Below are positions 8,247 through 18,646 of a DNA stretch of 36,061 bases, one piece after another (the stretch's first letter is position 1; each line of letters begins with the position of its first letter). The notes below the pieces were generated by a model, which had not been told where the DNA came from, made no database searches, and saw nothing but the letters and a program-made list of their open reading frames with translations. The translations under genes were made by a program, and so were the position numbers. Origin of the DNA: Candidatus Methanomethylophilaceae archaeon (GTDB taxonomy: Archaea; Thermoplasmatota; Thermoplasmata; Methanomassiliicoccales; Methanomethylophilaceae); assembly GCA_007116915.1 (NCBI GenBank), contig SKHQ01000099.1, positions 1 to 36,061 on the forward strand, in the 5' to 3' direction.

Positions 8247-9182
8247 TCACTCCTTCCGTGTACCGCATCCGGGGCAGTACCATTGTGCCTTGTACATCCT
8301 CATCGGCGATTCGCAACCAGGGCAAAGCGGGTCAGATCTTTTCTCAGCCCCCTTCCGCTCTTTACTCCATAGGTCATCTGAACACCATTTGATGAGGGAA
8401 CCGAGCGCTTTATGTTCATAACGAAGGTCCTCGGAGTATACTCTCAAGTTCGCCTCCTCGAGATAATGACGTGCTGCGATGGCCTTCAGGGCCTTGTGTA
8501 TGTTGGATTGGGTCTTGCCGTCTATCGTCCTGCTAGGGTGTACGTTTTTCCTGTAACGAACATCCAGGTACTCGAACGCCTTGTCCAGGAATGAATTGTA
8601 TGAATCGGCATCAGGTTCAATTGGAAGAGACATTATCCCATCCCTAACATCATCCAATTCCGGATTCCTGGATATGATGCCATCGAGTATCGACCTTATC
8701 ATCTCGCGACGATTGCTATCAAGCTCGCCCATTATCCTTCTCAGTTCGGCCAAATCCTCCATAGCCGCTACAGGGACCATCGCCTTGGCGGCCTGTTTGA
8801 ACTCTTCCCCATAACCAGTCCTGAGCTCTTCCATGAGTTCGTCTATGAGTCTGCGGCGGGATTCGAAGCCGCTGAGATAACCGACACAGGCAGCGGCAAC
8901 GGTATCGATGTCCTCTCGACGCATGGATGCGATCTTTTCAACATGAGAGGGGTCGCCTATCCTCGTTAGTAGTACTATGACCTCGGTTCTTACCCGTGAT
9001 GACCCATGTTCCAAGTGTCTGGAGATTATGTCTGTGAACTCTGGACGGTGATTCCACTGTAACCATTTATCATCCGCTATTGCACCTGCCTTCCCCGCCT
9101 GTGCGGAATCTACTGCATCCAGGAATCTTCCTAGATAGTCCATCCTGGTCACGGTGGAACTCATCGCCCTGACATATTTCAT
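8247..9182 (-). CDS. HEAT-repeat-like protein with C-terminal zinc ribbon
   Basis: Helical repeats (SSRVRTEVIVLLTRIGD); C-terminal CPGC...WYCPGCG. Confidence 0.65.
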   Translation of the reverse strand: MKYVRAMSSTVTRMDYLGRFLDAVDSAQAGKAGAIADDKWLQWNHRPEFTDIISRHLEHGSSRVRTEVIVLLTRIGDPSHVEKIASMRREDIDTVAAACVGYLSGFESRRRLIDELMEELRTGYGEEFKQAAKAMVPVAAMEDLAELRRIMGELDSNRREMIRSILDGIISRNPELDDVRDGIMSLPIEPDADSYNSFLDKAFEYLDVRYRKNVHPSRTIDGKTQSNIHKALKAIAARHYLEEANLRVYSEDLRYEHKALGSLIKWCSDDLWSKERKGAEKRSDPLCPGCESPMRMYKAQWYCPGCGTRKE

Positions 9183-9269
9183 CTTGTTAATTACCGTTAC
9201 TGCTTTACAGCGAATGTTGCTTGGACTCGATAGCTATTTGACCACGATAGATGATTTCCGAAGGTGAAC

Positions 9270-9851
9270 ATGTTCGACAAGGACCTTGAGATATTCGTCC
9301 TTGACACCGAGACCACCGGACTTAACGGATTTCCAACGGATTATGTTGTGGATGTTGCAGTCTGTCGTGTCCGCCCCCACCTGGATACCGTCGAACCGAT
9401 TCTTTCCACCGTCGTCGGTCATGATGTGACCTCATGGCCTCAGGTCCAACGGGAAGCCTGGATATTCCAGAATACGGATTTGACACTGGAAGAGGTATCC
9501 AAAGCGACGCCGGTGACCTTCGTCACCGCCGAGCTCCGTTCTCTGTTGGAAGGAAACATGGTCACAAGTTTCAACGTCGGCTTCGATTTCGACAAGTTCC
9601 TTTTCAATGAGCCGTGGAGACTCCGTGAAGCAGTCCATTTGACACCCTGCATCATGTTAAAGGCGATGCCGGTCTGCAAACTGCCGGGCACCTATGACGT
9701 TTACAAATGGCCCAAACTACAGCAGGCATACGACATGCTCGTGGACGGTGACCCTGCCGATATAGGCGAAGAGCAGAAGCACCGGGCAATGGAGGATGCT
9801 TTGATGGCATCACATGTCCTTTTGGAGCTCATCCGGCGTGGCGTCTACTGA
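9270..9851 (+). CDS. DEDDh (DnaQ-like) 3'-5' exonuclease
   Basis: ExoI LDTETTG, ExoII FNVGFD, ExoIII HRAMED; GGTGA RBS. Confidence 0.88.
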   Translation: MFDKDLEIFVLDTETTGLNGFPTDYVVDVAVCRVRPHLDTVEPILSTVVGHDVTSWPQVQREAWIFQNTDLTLEEVSKATPVTFVTAELRSLLEGNMVTSFNVGFDFDKFLFNEPWRLREAVHLTPCIMLKAMPVCKLPGTYDVYKWPKLQQAYDMLVDGDPADIGEEQKHRAMEDALMASHVLLELIRRGVY

Positions 9852-12394
9852 TCGCGCATCTTCATGAAACGCTCATGGATGAATGGACTGTTCTTATCCA
9901 AGCGTAAGATTATCGCATCGGTGAAACGATTGAACATATCCTCCCTCAGTACCTTACGGGTGAAGAGGAACCATAGTGAAACCATCCCGGTTATGAAGAA
10001 CATGTCAATGAAACGCAACGGCGTGAGATTGGCGAGATACATGATCTCATCGACCATGAAAACTGAACCCACGATTGCGTACAGCACAATGACGAGGATG
10101 AACGGTCTTATGTCCTTGTGGATGGAACCGTCGACGGAGAACCATTTGTTCAAAGGTGCCACCAACAGGACCAGGGTTATGCCCGCCAATGTGACGAAGT
10201 AGGTCAACGCCATCCGGGCTGCTAGTTCGGCCGTCTGCTCCAGCTCCGTGGGCGGTAATGAGCCGCGATATTCGAGGTTCCAGGAGCCGGCGAGCTGCTC
10301 GGGTGTGAAGGTGATGTGCATTATGTTACCGATGACGCCCAGATAGTAAATCGAGTAGACGATACATGCGAAGATCGCGATCGTTATCGAAGCCGGTATG
10401 GCGAAGCGGAGCACTATGGGCAGTATGTCCCCTTTATGTTCGCGAGGCTTGGCCCAAACGGTCATCAAAAATGCCGGGATCGATAATGAGACCAGAGCGT
10501 AGAAAGCGTTGTTCTGAGGCAATACCGGTAGAGTCTGGAAGAATATCAGGGTGAACAGGATTATGAAGGCCACAACGAAGTTCCTGGCAAGATATATCCG
10601 TAGGATGCTACGCATACCGGTGGTTATGCGCCTGCCCTCCAACAACGCATTGGGCAAAGCGGAGAACTTGTCATCCAACAGGACCATGTCTGCAACACCG
10701 CGGGCGGCTCCGGAACCGCTCTGCAGGGCCACCCCGACGTTGGCGGCCTTGAGGGAACGGACATCGTTCACACCATCGCCTATCATGGCCACGTATCTTC
10801 CCTGGGCCTTGAGGGATTCGACTATGCGTTCCTTATGGTCGGGCCGCATACGACCGAAGATGTTTGTCTCTGCCGCCACGCGGGCCAGTTCGGAAGGGTC
10901 GAGGTCATCCAGTTCGTCTCCGGATATCATGATGCGTGTGCCCGGAATTCCGGCTAGGCTGAACAATGCGTTCACAGTGACCGGGTCATCGCCGGATATC
11001 ACTTTGATGTCCATGTTATTGTCCAGGAAGGCCTGGATGGTCTCAGCGCAGTCCGCTCGTATCTCATCACGGACGGATACCAGAGCCAATGGTTTCAGTC
11101 TAGGCACAATCTCGTTGTCCCCGTCCCATAGTTCGGTGTCGGGGGCGCCTGTCAGGATCATCACGCGAAGACCCTGTTCCGCCAGTTCAGTAACCTGGTC
11201 ACTTATGTCTACATTCCAGTCACAGTGTCTCTTCAATGCGTCAAAAGCACCGAAGAAGAGGACGCGACTCTCATCGCCATCGCGGTAACGAACGGCACTG
11301 TATTTCCTGCCGGATGTGAATGGTATCTCCTCGATTAGCCACCCTTTTCCGCCCATCATCTTCTGTGATATGGAACGTATTGTACGGTTCTTTGAACCGG
11401 TCAGGGCGGCGAAGCTCGCCAATGCTGAGGACGGGTCCTCATCGCTAAGGGGTCTGACCTCTTCGAGTATGAGGTTGTTTGTTGTTATGGTCCCGGTCTT
11501 GTCCATACAAACGGTATCCACATGGCTCATCGATTCAACGGCGTTCGATCTCTGCATGAGAGCACCGGAACCGGCCATACGAACCGCTCCTAGGCCATAA
11601 GCGATTATGATGAGCAAGAACAACGCTATGGGTATGATGTCCAAGGTGATGACTATCATCTGTGTCGTCATCAAGGGGTTTATCCCCAACACTATGGCGG
11701 CTATGAGGATCAAGGTGGAGTATATGACCGCTATACCGATGAGGAGGGACATCACCCTGCTGGTCTGGTATTGAAGCGGTGTTGATTTACGGTCGAACTT
11801 CTTAGCCTCGGAGAGGAGGCGGTTGACGTAGGTGTCATCAGCCACCGCATTGACGCGGAAGCATCCTGATCCTGCGATGCAATAGGAACCCGAATAAATT
11901 GTGTCGCCCCTCTTCTTACGGCGAGGGCTGGACTCCCCGGTGATGAGGGATTCATCCATCTCAAGCGAATTACTAGTGAGTACTGCACCGTCCACCAGGG
12001 CTTGATCCCCAACCGAGAGGATGACTATGTCATCCATGACTATCCCATCGGGAAGTACGGTCATCTGTTGACCGTTACGATAAACGGATGCTTCAGGACG
12101 GTGGAGCAATGCAATCTTATCCAGACGCCTTTTTGCTCTGACCTCCTGCGTGGTTCCGACGATGACATTGAAGAATATGATGCTCGTGGCTGCCAAGGCC
12201 TCCAATTCGTTGCCTAAGGTGAGCAATATGCCTCCCAGGGAGAATAGTATGAGATTGAACAGGTTGAAGAAGTTCGTCTTTATTATCTCCTTATAGGTCC
12301 TACTCACCTTGACCTCGTAGCTGTTACGGAGGCCTTTATCAGTGCGTTCCTGCACCTCTTCTGCAGTCAGACCCGTGGGAATATTCTCCACCAT
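9845..12394 (-). CDS. Cation-transporting P-type ATPase (CtpE-like)
   Basis: DESLITGES, phosphorylation motif DKTGT, SGD, GDGVND; multiple TM helices. Confidence 0.9.
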   Translation of the reverse strand: MVENIPTGLTAEEVQERTDKGLRNSYEVKVSRTYKEIIKTNFFNLFNLILFSLGGILLTLGNELEALAATSIIFFNVIVGTTQEVRAKRRLDKIALLHRPEASVYRNGQQMTVLPDGIVMDDIVILSVGDQALVDGAVLTSNSLEMDESLITGESSPRRKKRGDTIYSGSYCIAGSGCFRVNAVADDTYVNRLLSEAKKFDRKSTPLQYQTSRVMSLLIGIAVIYSTLILIAAIVLGINPLMTTQMIVITLDIIPIALFLLIIIAYGLGAVRMAGSGALMQRSNAVESMSHVDTVCMDKTGTITTNNLILEEVRPLSDEDPSSALASFAALTGSKNRTIRSISQKMMGGKGWLIEEIPFTSGRKYSAVRYRDGDESRVLFFGAFDALKRHCDWNVDISDQVTELAEQGLRVMILTGAPDTELWDGDNEIVPRLKPLALVSVRDEIRADCAETIQAFLDNNMDIKVISGDDPVTVNALFSLAGIPGTRIMISGDELDDLDPSELARVAAETNIFGRMRPDHKERIVESLKAQGRYVAMIGDGVNDVRSLKAANVGVALQSGSGAARGVADMVLLDDKFSALPNALLEGRRITTGMRSILRIYLARNFVVAFIILFTLIFFQTLPVLPQNNAFYALVSLSIPAFLMTVWAKPREHKGDILPIVLRFAIPASITIAIFACIVYSIYYLGVIGNIMHITFTPEQLAGSWNLEYRGSLPPTELEQTAELAARMALTYFVTLAGITLVLLVAPLNKWFSVDGSIHKDIRPFILVIVLYAIVGSVFMVDEIMYLANLTPLRFIDMFFITGMVSLWFLFTRKVLREDMFNRFTDAIILRLDKNSPFIHERFMKMRDQ

Positions 12395-12419
12395 TGTATC
12401 AGTATAATAATCAGCTTAT

Positions 12420-15269
12420 TCAAGAACCTATCGAGAGTGATTCAGCCAATCGTTCCTTGACTATCTTCTGCAATTCCTTCATAGGCATCGGTTCGAATCT
12501 CCTCATCGTACCCAATTCTAGAAAATGAACGAAACATTCCACGTCCTTTCCCAGAACGGCGGCGGCATGGGCATAGACCGAGAGTTGGATATGGTATTCA
12601 GGTAGGTTCCTCTCACTCATATCAGTCTTCCAATCGTGTATCTCGACGATGTCTTCCCGTTCCACCATCAGATCTATCCGCCCTTCCAATGAAACATCAC
12701 CCATCGGCAGGAGACAGTCCATCTCCGTGGTAACTCTAGCCCCTTCCGTGGACTTCAATACCTCCCTGACGGCCTCCAGACCTAGATGCTCCTGCCACGG
12801 GTCCATACCGTGGAAAAGTCGTTCCGCATCAGCATGCACCCTTGAACCATGTTCTGTACCTTTGCCTCCGCCTTCGAGTATCGGACGCAAAATGCTATGC
12901 ACACCAATGCTCCGTCTCACGACCTCAGCGGCTTTAAGGACCGGGCGTTGGACAAGTTTCTTGACCTCGGTGTCCAACAGAGAATCGGGGGCAGTGAACT
13001 CGACCTCATGAACATGATGGTCACTCATCCCCGCTATGAAGAGAGAAGGATCGTGGCAAGTGAATACAAGATGCTGCATTGACCTTGAAACAGCAACATA
13101 GAGCAGTCTCCTCTCCTCGTCATACTCCTTCTGAGACAAGGATGCGACCAGTGCTGTCCTCCAATCGCGATACCGCTCCAGCATATTGTCCTCTTCCACC
13201 AGCTCGTAGGCGGCTCTAAGACCGTAGAGACGGTCGAAACGCAGCGTGCCTCCCTCTCCTTTCTTCGAAGGCATGTCGTTGGAGTTAAGGCCGGCAACAA
13301 TGACCGCGGGATACTCCAAACCTTTGGCACCATGCATGGTGTGCAGATGCACCGAGTCACGACTGGATATCATATCGGCCGGATAACTGTCGGCCTTGCG
13401 GATGTTCTCCTCTATGAGTGCGATCATCTCCGCTGTGCCTGTGAGACTTCCCTCGTGCAGACCGGAGACCTGAGATATTATGGCCTGTGAGATGTCGTTA
13501 TCGATGCCATAGCGTTGGAAGATCGCAGTCATCAGTTGGTTGGGAGTCCGTTGCTTACGCAACAGATATTCCCTATGGGTCCTTATTTCCACGGGAAGAG
13601 GTGCCAGACCCTCTTTCACAGCTGCGATGGAATCATGGGGGTGACCCTCATGGTCCATTATCGCGGCTATGGCCCGCTGGTCCTCGGCATCGGATATCAT
13701 CCGTAACCATGCCAGAACGACCTTCCCCTCCCTACTGAGGAATATCTCCATGTCCCCGTCCATCAACAAGGGCATCCCCAGTTCCCGGGCCCGGCGTTCC
13801 AGCATGTGCAATAGGTTCCTCTTACGGCTGAGGACGGCGATGTCTCCGTAACCGATGGGCCTTCTTTTCCAACCATCTCCGCTCCATTCCGTTACGGTGA
13901 GTCCTTCCGAGACCATCTTCTGCGCCTCGTGAAGTATCAGGTCCACCTCATCCTTCTGACCGGCTGCTTTCAAGAAACGGACTCTGCAATCTCCGTCCTC
14001 CAACAAGGATTTGGCGGAATTGAGGCTGACGAGTTTTGAACGTATGTAAACCGGATCGAGATCCTCGTCCTTTGTCGCATGCAGGAAAAGGGTCTTCTCC
14101 GAGAGGCGTATGACCTTGTCCGCACTACGATAGTTGGTCTTCAAGCTCTTGTGCCGGGGACTTTCCAATGGTACCTTGCACCTCCGTCCCAACTCATCCG
14201 CCAGTTCATCGAGGCGGATGTCAAACTCCAGTAGGTTCTCGATGTCAGCGTAACGGAATCCGTATATCCCCTGTTTCCAGTCTCCGACAACACATAGGTT
14301 GGGTTCCTTCAAAATCAAAAGTGATATCAGGAACTGCAGTTCGTTTGTATCCTGGAACTCATCGATCATCACGTAACGGTAGCTTTCAGCCTCCCGTACG
14401 GACTTGTCGTTGTACAGCGATAAGAAGGCAAAGAATGCCACCATCTGGAAGGTGAGTCTGTTCTCGCTGATGCTTCTCCTCAGATACTCGAGGAATACGT
14501 GGTGTATGAATCGGAAAAGGGCGGTTCTGTCATGCCTTATGGCATCATTGATGATTTGACCATCAACGACCGGACCATCCCAGGAATCCACGGTCCCGGG
14601 GCGGTGATCCTTGTTATTCCTTATCTTGTTGAACAGGCCGCCCTTACCCTCGATATTCATCTCGCTGGCCTTGTCCATCATAGAGTCGACCTCGCCTTCC
14701 AGGATTGAGAGGCCGTTACGGAACCAGCCCCCGACGGTGGGGCAGGTGCCCAGGGTAAGAAGTCGTGATATTACGGTACTGAGTTCATCGGCCTTATCCC
14801 AAAGCAGCAATGCTATGTCACCGTGCTTGGATCCATGGCGGTCAAGGAAACGGTCATAGAACTCCTGGAAGTAGCGGCGGTTCATAGCCGCATTCTCTAC
14901 CAGCCTCACCTGTCGTGACAGCCTCTCCTCTATGCCGAGATAGCGATGAATGGAGGATGTGTCACGCATGAGGACACTGGAACAGAAGGAATCAAATGTC
15001 GAGGCCCTCACGGAGTTGACATCCACATCCTTCATGCCACGGCGGTAGAGTTCGTTGACAACCCTCTCCTTCATCTCATCAGCGGCGTTGTGGGTGAATG
15101 TTAGGAGGAGGACCTCCTGGGGATCGACATCCTTCTTGGTTATGATGTTTATGTACCGGTTCATTATAGTGAATGTCTTCCCGGTTCCCGGGCCGGCATC
15201 CACCACCACTATCCCTTCGGTAGTGTCTGCGATATCCCGTTGCTCATCATTCATGCCGTCACAGTTCAT
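12420..15269 (-). CDS. AddA/AdnB-like UvrD (SF1A) helicase with C-terminal PD-(D/E)XK nuclease
   Basis: AGPGTGKT, DEFQD, VGDWKQGIYGFR, NYRS, TMHGAKGLE, EERRLLYVAVSR; nuclease GRIDL...IHDWKT. ATGA overlap with the upstream gene fixes the start at 15269. Confidence 0.9.
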   Translation of the reverse strand: MNCDGMNDEQRDIADTTEGIVVVDAGPGTGKTFTIMNRYINIITKKDVDPQEVLLLTFTHNAADEMKERVVNELYRRGMKDVDVNSVRASTFDSFCSSVLMRDTSSIHRYLGIEERLSRQVRLVENAAMNRRYFQEFYDRFLDRHGSKHGDIALLLWDKADELSTVISRLLTLGTCPTVGGWFRNGLSILEGEVDSMMDKASEMNIEGKGGLFNKIRNNKDHRPGTVDSWDGPVVDGQIINDAIRHDRTALFRFIHHVFLEYLRRSISENRLTFQMVAFFAFLSLYNDKSVREAESYRYVMIDEFQDTNELQFLISLLILKEPNLCVVGDWKQGIYGFRYADIENLLEFDIRLDELADELGRRCKVPLESPRHKSLKTNYRSADKVIRLSEKTLFLHATKDEDLDPVYIRSKLVSLNSAKSLLEDGDCRVRFLKAAGQKDEVDLILHEAQKMVSEGLTVTEWSGDGWKRRPIGYGDIAVLSRKRNLLHMLERRARELGMPLLMDGDMEIFLSREGKVVLAWLRMISDAEDQRAIAAIMDHEGHPHDSIAAVKEGLAPLPVEIRTHREYLLRKQRTPNQLMTAIFQRYGIDNDISQAIISQVSGLHEGSLTGTAEMIALIEENIRKADSYPADMISSRDSVHLHTMHGAKGLEYPAVIVAGLNSNDMPSKKGEGGTLRFDRLYGLRAAYELVEEDNMLERYRDWRTALVASLSQKEYDEERRLLYVAVSRSMQHLVFTCHDPSLFIAGMSDHHVHEVEFTAPDSLLDTEVKKLVQRPVLKAAEVVRRSIGVHSILRPILEGGGKGTEHGSRVHADAERLFHGMDPWQEHLGLEAVREVLKSTEGARVTTEMDCLLPMGDVSLEGRIDLMVEREDIVEIHDWKTDMSERNLPEYHIQLSVYAHAAAVLGKDVECFVHFLELGTMRRFEPMPMKELQKIVKERLAESLSIGS

Positions 15270-17893
15270 TCCAAGGCCTCCATACAGATGTCCAGGAACT
15301 CGCATTTAGAGCAGTAAGCCTCCTTGCGCGGCGCGGCCGGAAATCCTTCCCTCTTGTACTCTCCGATGTATGAAAAGCATTCTGAAACCGTCTCCAGGAA
15401 TCGATCCATGGTCTCGTTGGTTATGAGGACCGTGTCCTTGGTGAAGGGGACCTCATCCCTCAGTTTCTCCAAGGCCCGGGTGAACACCTTTTTTCCCACC
15501 GCCTTTTTACCGCTTCTACCTTTTAGGAAAAGGATGAAATTATCAATGGCCTCATAATCTTCCTCTGGCGGGAGTTCCCATGCCCTTATGGAGATGAGAT
15601 GATCGCAGAAATCCTTCTCCCCCACCTCTTCCAGGAAGGGACCGAAATCCTTAGGTCCCTGACGGAGTATGCGGATCATCCAAGGATCCTCACCTTTCAA
15701 TAAATCAGCACGTCCAGTACCGGTGTATGTTACCTTATTGATATGATTGGAAGGGTCGTAACCTTGCTTATCTGCAGGTACGGGCTTCAGATAGTTGTAA
15801 TGGAGGGATATCTCCCTTCTCTTCTCTCCCATCGACCGAAGTAGAGCCATGTAGGCCAGGGGCTGAGTGTCGGGATCGCCTTCACCCCATATCGAGGCGA
15901 TGCTCTTCGCTCTGGTACTTGCAGCCATAGGGGCACCTGTTTTATGGTCAACCGCCAATGATTGGTCAACCATCAAATCCACAAGACCTCTGAGGAGGGT
16001 TTGCCGATCCTCAAGGAATATCTCCGTATTGCCTATGCGCGGTTTCTCACCGAGGGCGGAGAACAGTGGGTTTCCACGACCGGTCTTTACCGGCAACTCC
16101 TCTATCGGATAACGTGAAGCGAATTCAGCGGCGTTCCTGATCAATGCCCGCAGAGCGGTCCTTTCGAAACGGTCACGGCCTTTGTGGCTTAGGGAAACGT
16201 AATCCTTCTGAAGAATCTCCAGACACCTCTCCTGACCATCCACCGAGGCATAGGATGGATGATGGGCGATAAGCTCTGCGTAGCGATGTACGAGCGTACC
16301 CCGGAATGCTGGCCCGGAATCGGGTGATTCACAGAGACGTCCGAAGTGATACTTACGGGGACATTTCAGTAATTGGTTCAGTGCGGACGGAGAAAGGGAT
16401 GCGGGCATCTGCGGTTCTTCGATATCCTTGGAGATGAAATCCAACGCCACAGGATCAGGAAGCCAACAACCGTTTGCGAAACCTCCTTCTTCAGTAAGAT
16501 CATCGAAATCCCTCACCGGACGGTCCAGGGCGCGATTGAAGTATACACAGGGTATGACCTTCCGCCCTTTGGCGACCTTGGATGTCATGTAGATCCTCTG
16601 CTCTCCCTGTTGCAACAGTATCTCGAAACGAGCTTGGTCCTTCTCCAGTTCGGCTTCTGAATCTATGTGTTTGCGCCTTTGGATACGACGGGCCCATTCG
16701 TTCCCAAGACCGAGATGGAACACTATGGGACGGTCCACGTAGGCTGATGAGTGGCAGTCCACGAGAACCACCCCCTCCTTCTCATCCTCATCCCTCAGTA
16801 TCTCCTCACTCAACTGGTCCACACCGTAGCGTAGGTCTTCCAGCGTATCGGCACGGAGAGGGGATGATGCCAAGCCCAATTCCCGCAGGAGTCTCATCGT
16901 CATCGTCAATTCATCGTCCTTGAGCAATGATGTGCTGGCCTGGGATAGATTCATTTCAGATATGGATTCCATACGATTCTTCAAAGCCATTAACGACGGG
17001 TCTTGGGACTCAAGCGCATGAACGGTGAAAAGTCTGGCGTCATTCCTGATGTTGAATACCAATGTAGCCGCGTCCAGGCCTTTGAGCTCAACCGAACGGA
17101 CCAGTCTTTTAATGTCGCCCATCCTTGCCGTCGGTAGTCCGAGGCACAGTTCCAGGAATCTCAACATATCGCGGATGCCAGGAAGGTCCCTCATGGACCT
17201 GACGCTCTGAAAGGGCAATCCTTTGGCATAAAGTGAGGTGCGCACAGAATCAGCCATCGAGCCATCGGTGTCCATGACGATGGCGGTTGCATTCATGTTG
17301 GATTTATCTATTAGGTCGGCCACATGGCGACCTATCAATCGTTCGTTTCCCATATCCGCGATCTTCGGTATGGTGAATGTCCCCGAATCCCATGGGCTGA
17401 GCTCAGTAAAGGAACCTGGCGGGGGAAGTACATGTTTATCGAGTTCATCGAAAAGGTCCAAGGCGATGACTCCTACCTCGATTCCATCGAAGAAATCGAG
17501 GGGGAATCGCTCCATGGCCCTCTCCAATGTCGGAAGACGGGAGAGGTTCTTCCATACCAACTCCGAGTCCCTACCCTCCAGATGCCTTTCCACCTGAGCG
17601 GTGTGCCTCCTTATCTCCCGGAGATTCTCCACCTCACCATGGACATAACGCAATTCAAGTCCGGTCGATTCCGCTATCTGGGTGATTATCTTGGCATCGG
17701 ACCAGGCCTCCTCTCCGATTATACTGAGAGACAATCTCTTGGCCAATTGGCGGGGAGTGACTGAGAACCTGCCCACCATAGGACGGTCGGCAATACGATT
17801 CAATGCCGTTGCAAGAGGCGCCTGGTTGGTCAACGCCATATCGAAGTCTTTTAGCAAACCGTACAGATCATTGATAGAACGTGCCTTCCTCAT
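15266..17893 (-). CDS. AddB-like subunit: degenerate helicase scaffold + Fe-S PD-(D/E)XK nuclease
   Basis: LSPSAL...CPRKY, RGTLVH, RGLVDL...DHKTG, QPLAY, C-terminal CSKCEFLDIC; no Walker A seen. Confidence 0.8.
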   Translation of the reverse strand: MRKARSINDLYGLLKDFDMALTNQAPLATALNRIADRPMVGRFSVTPRQLAKRLSLSIIGEEAWSDAKIITQIAESTGLELRYVHGEVENLREIRRHTAQVERHLEGRDSELVWKNLSRLPTLERAMERFPLDFFDGIEVGVIALDLFDELDKHVLPPPGSFTELSPWDSGTFTIPKIADMGNERLIGRHVADLIDKSNMNATAIVMDTDGSMADSVRTSLYAKGLPFQSVRSMRDLPGIRDMLRFLELCLGLPTARMGDIKRLVRSVELKGLDAATLVFNIRNDARLFTVHALESQDPSLMALKNRMESISEMNLSQASTSLLKDDELTMTMRLLRELGLASSPLRADTLEDLRYGVDQLSEEILRDEDEKEGVVLVDCHSSAYVDRPIVFHLGLGNEWARRIQRRKHIDSEAELEKDQARFEILLQQGEQRIYMTSKVAKGRKVIPCVYFNRALDRPVRDFDDLTEEGGFANGCWLPDPVALDFISKDIEEPQMPASLSPSALNQLLKCPRKYHFGRLCESPDSGPAFRGTLVHRYAELIAHHPSYASVDGQERCLEILQKDYVSLSHKGRDRFERTALRALIRNAAEFASRYPIEELPVKTGRGNPLFSALGEKPRIGNTEIFLEDRQTLLRGLVDLMVDQSLAVDHKTGAPMAASTRAKSIASIWGEGDPDTQPLAYMALLRSMGEKRREISLHYNYLKPVPADKQGYDPSNHINKVTYTGTGRADLLKGEDPWMIRILRQGPKDFGPFLEEVGEKDFCDHLISIRAWELPPEEDYEAIDNFILFLKGRSGKKAVGKKVFTRALEKLRDEVPFTKDTVLITNETMDRFLETVSECFSYIGEYKREGFPAAPRKEAYCSKCEFLDICMEALE

Positions 17894-18042
17894 CGCAACT
17901 CTTCCTAAGCGACCCTACTCATCAGCGGAAGAAATCCACGTTGAAGATGAGTCCCAGTAACCCGCTAGTGTGTAATGGGAACAAAATTGTTTCCCTGTGA
18001 TGAATGAAAAATTATTTATCCGAGGGCGAGGACTTTGTGGGG

Positions 18043-18603
18043 ATGTCAGACAACATACACGTACTGGCCGTTTCGAAGACCGGGGACAACGGTTTTCCGA
18101 TCGACCAGGTGGTCGAGGTGGCCGTCTTCAAGGTCGATTTGTCGGCCAATATGATGGAGTCCGTCTACGATAAGGTGGTCAGACAGGACACCTCCGTATG
18201 GTCGGAGGAGGTCAAGGCCCACGTCCAAGACGTTTACGGGGTCAGTACAGAGGACGTCGAGAAGGGCATGGACGAGGATGATGTTGCGAAAGACCTTCGG
18301 GAATTACTGCAAGGCGAGACCATAACCGCCTTCGATGTCAAGTCTGATTTCATGGGACATCTCAAGAACGAACCCTACGCTCTGGCAAGGAAAGTGGAGG
18401 TTAGTTCCGCGATATCTTCCAGATCATCATTCTTATACAGAATACCGTCCAAACAGACCTCGGGAACCGAGGGGCTGAGGATTAGTTACAAAGCGATATT
18501 GCCGGACGATCCCGCCGCTGCCGGTGACTTGGCCGGTGCCTATGAGGATGCGGCCCGTGCATCAGCGATACTCCTAGAGCTGCACCAGCGTGGCCTCTAT
18601 TGA
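18043..18603 (+). CDS. Catalytically degenerate DEDD exonuclease paralog
   Basis: Collinear with the 9270-9851 protein (TG.NGFP.D.VV.VAV, LR.LL.G, NEP, DPA, LLEL..RG.Y), but D-T-E is replaced by A-V-S and the ExoIII His is lost. Confidence 0.8.
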   Translation: MSDNIHVLAVSKTGDNGFPIDQVVEVAVFKVDLSANMMESVYDKVVRQDTSVWSEEVKAHVQDVYGVSTEDVEKGMDEDDVAKDLRELLQGETITAFDVKSDFMGHLKNEPYALARKVEVSSAISSRSSFLYRIPSKQTSGTEGLRISYKAILPDDPAAAGDLAGAYEDAARASAILLELHQRGLY

Positions 18604-18646
18604 AACCTGCTAACATTTTTATATGTTCCAGAGTGGATATACCTCC

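Noticed and set aside
10551..11288. Long antisense ORFs (also 6174-6722, 23194-23643, 24316-24651 and others)
   Set aside because: Shadow frames of well-supported genes with no motifs of their own.
17895..17960. Hammerhead ribozyme or C/D box sRNA (CUGAUGA on the minus strand)
   Set aside because: No stem II-GAAA core and no matching D/D' boxes at suitable spacing.
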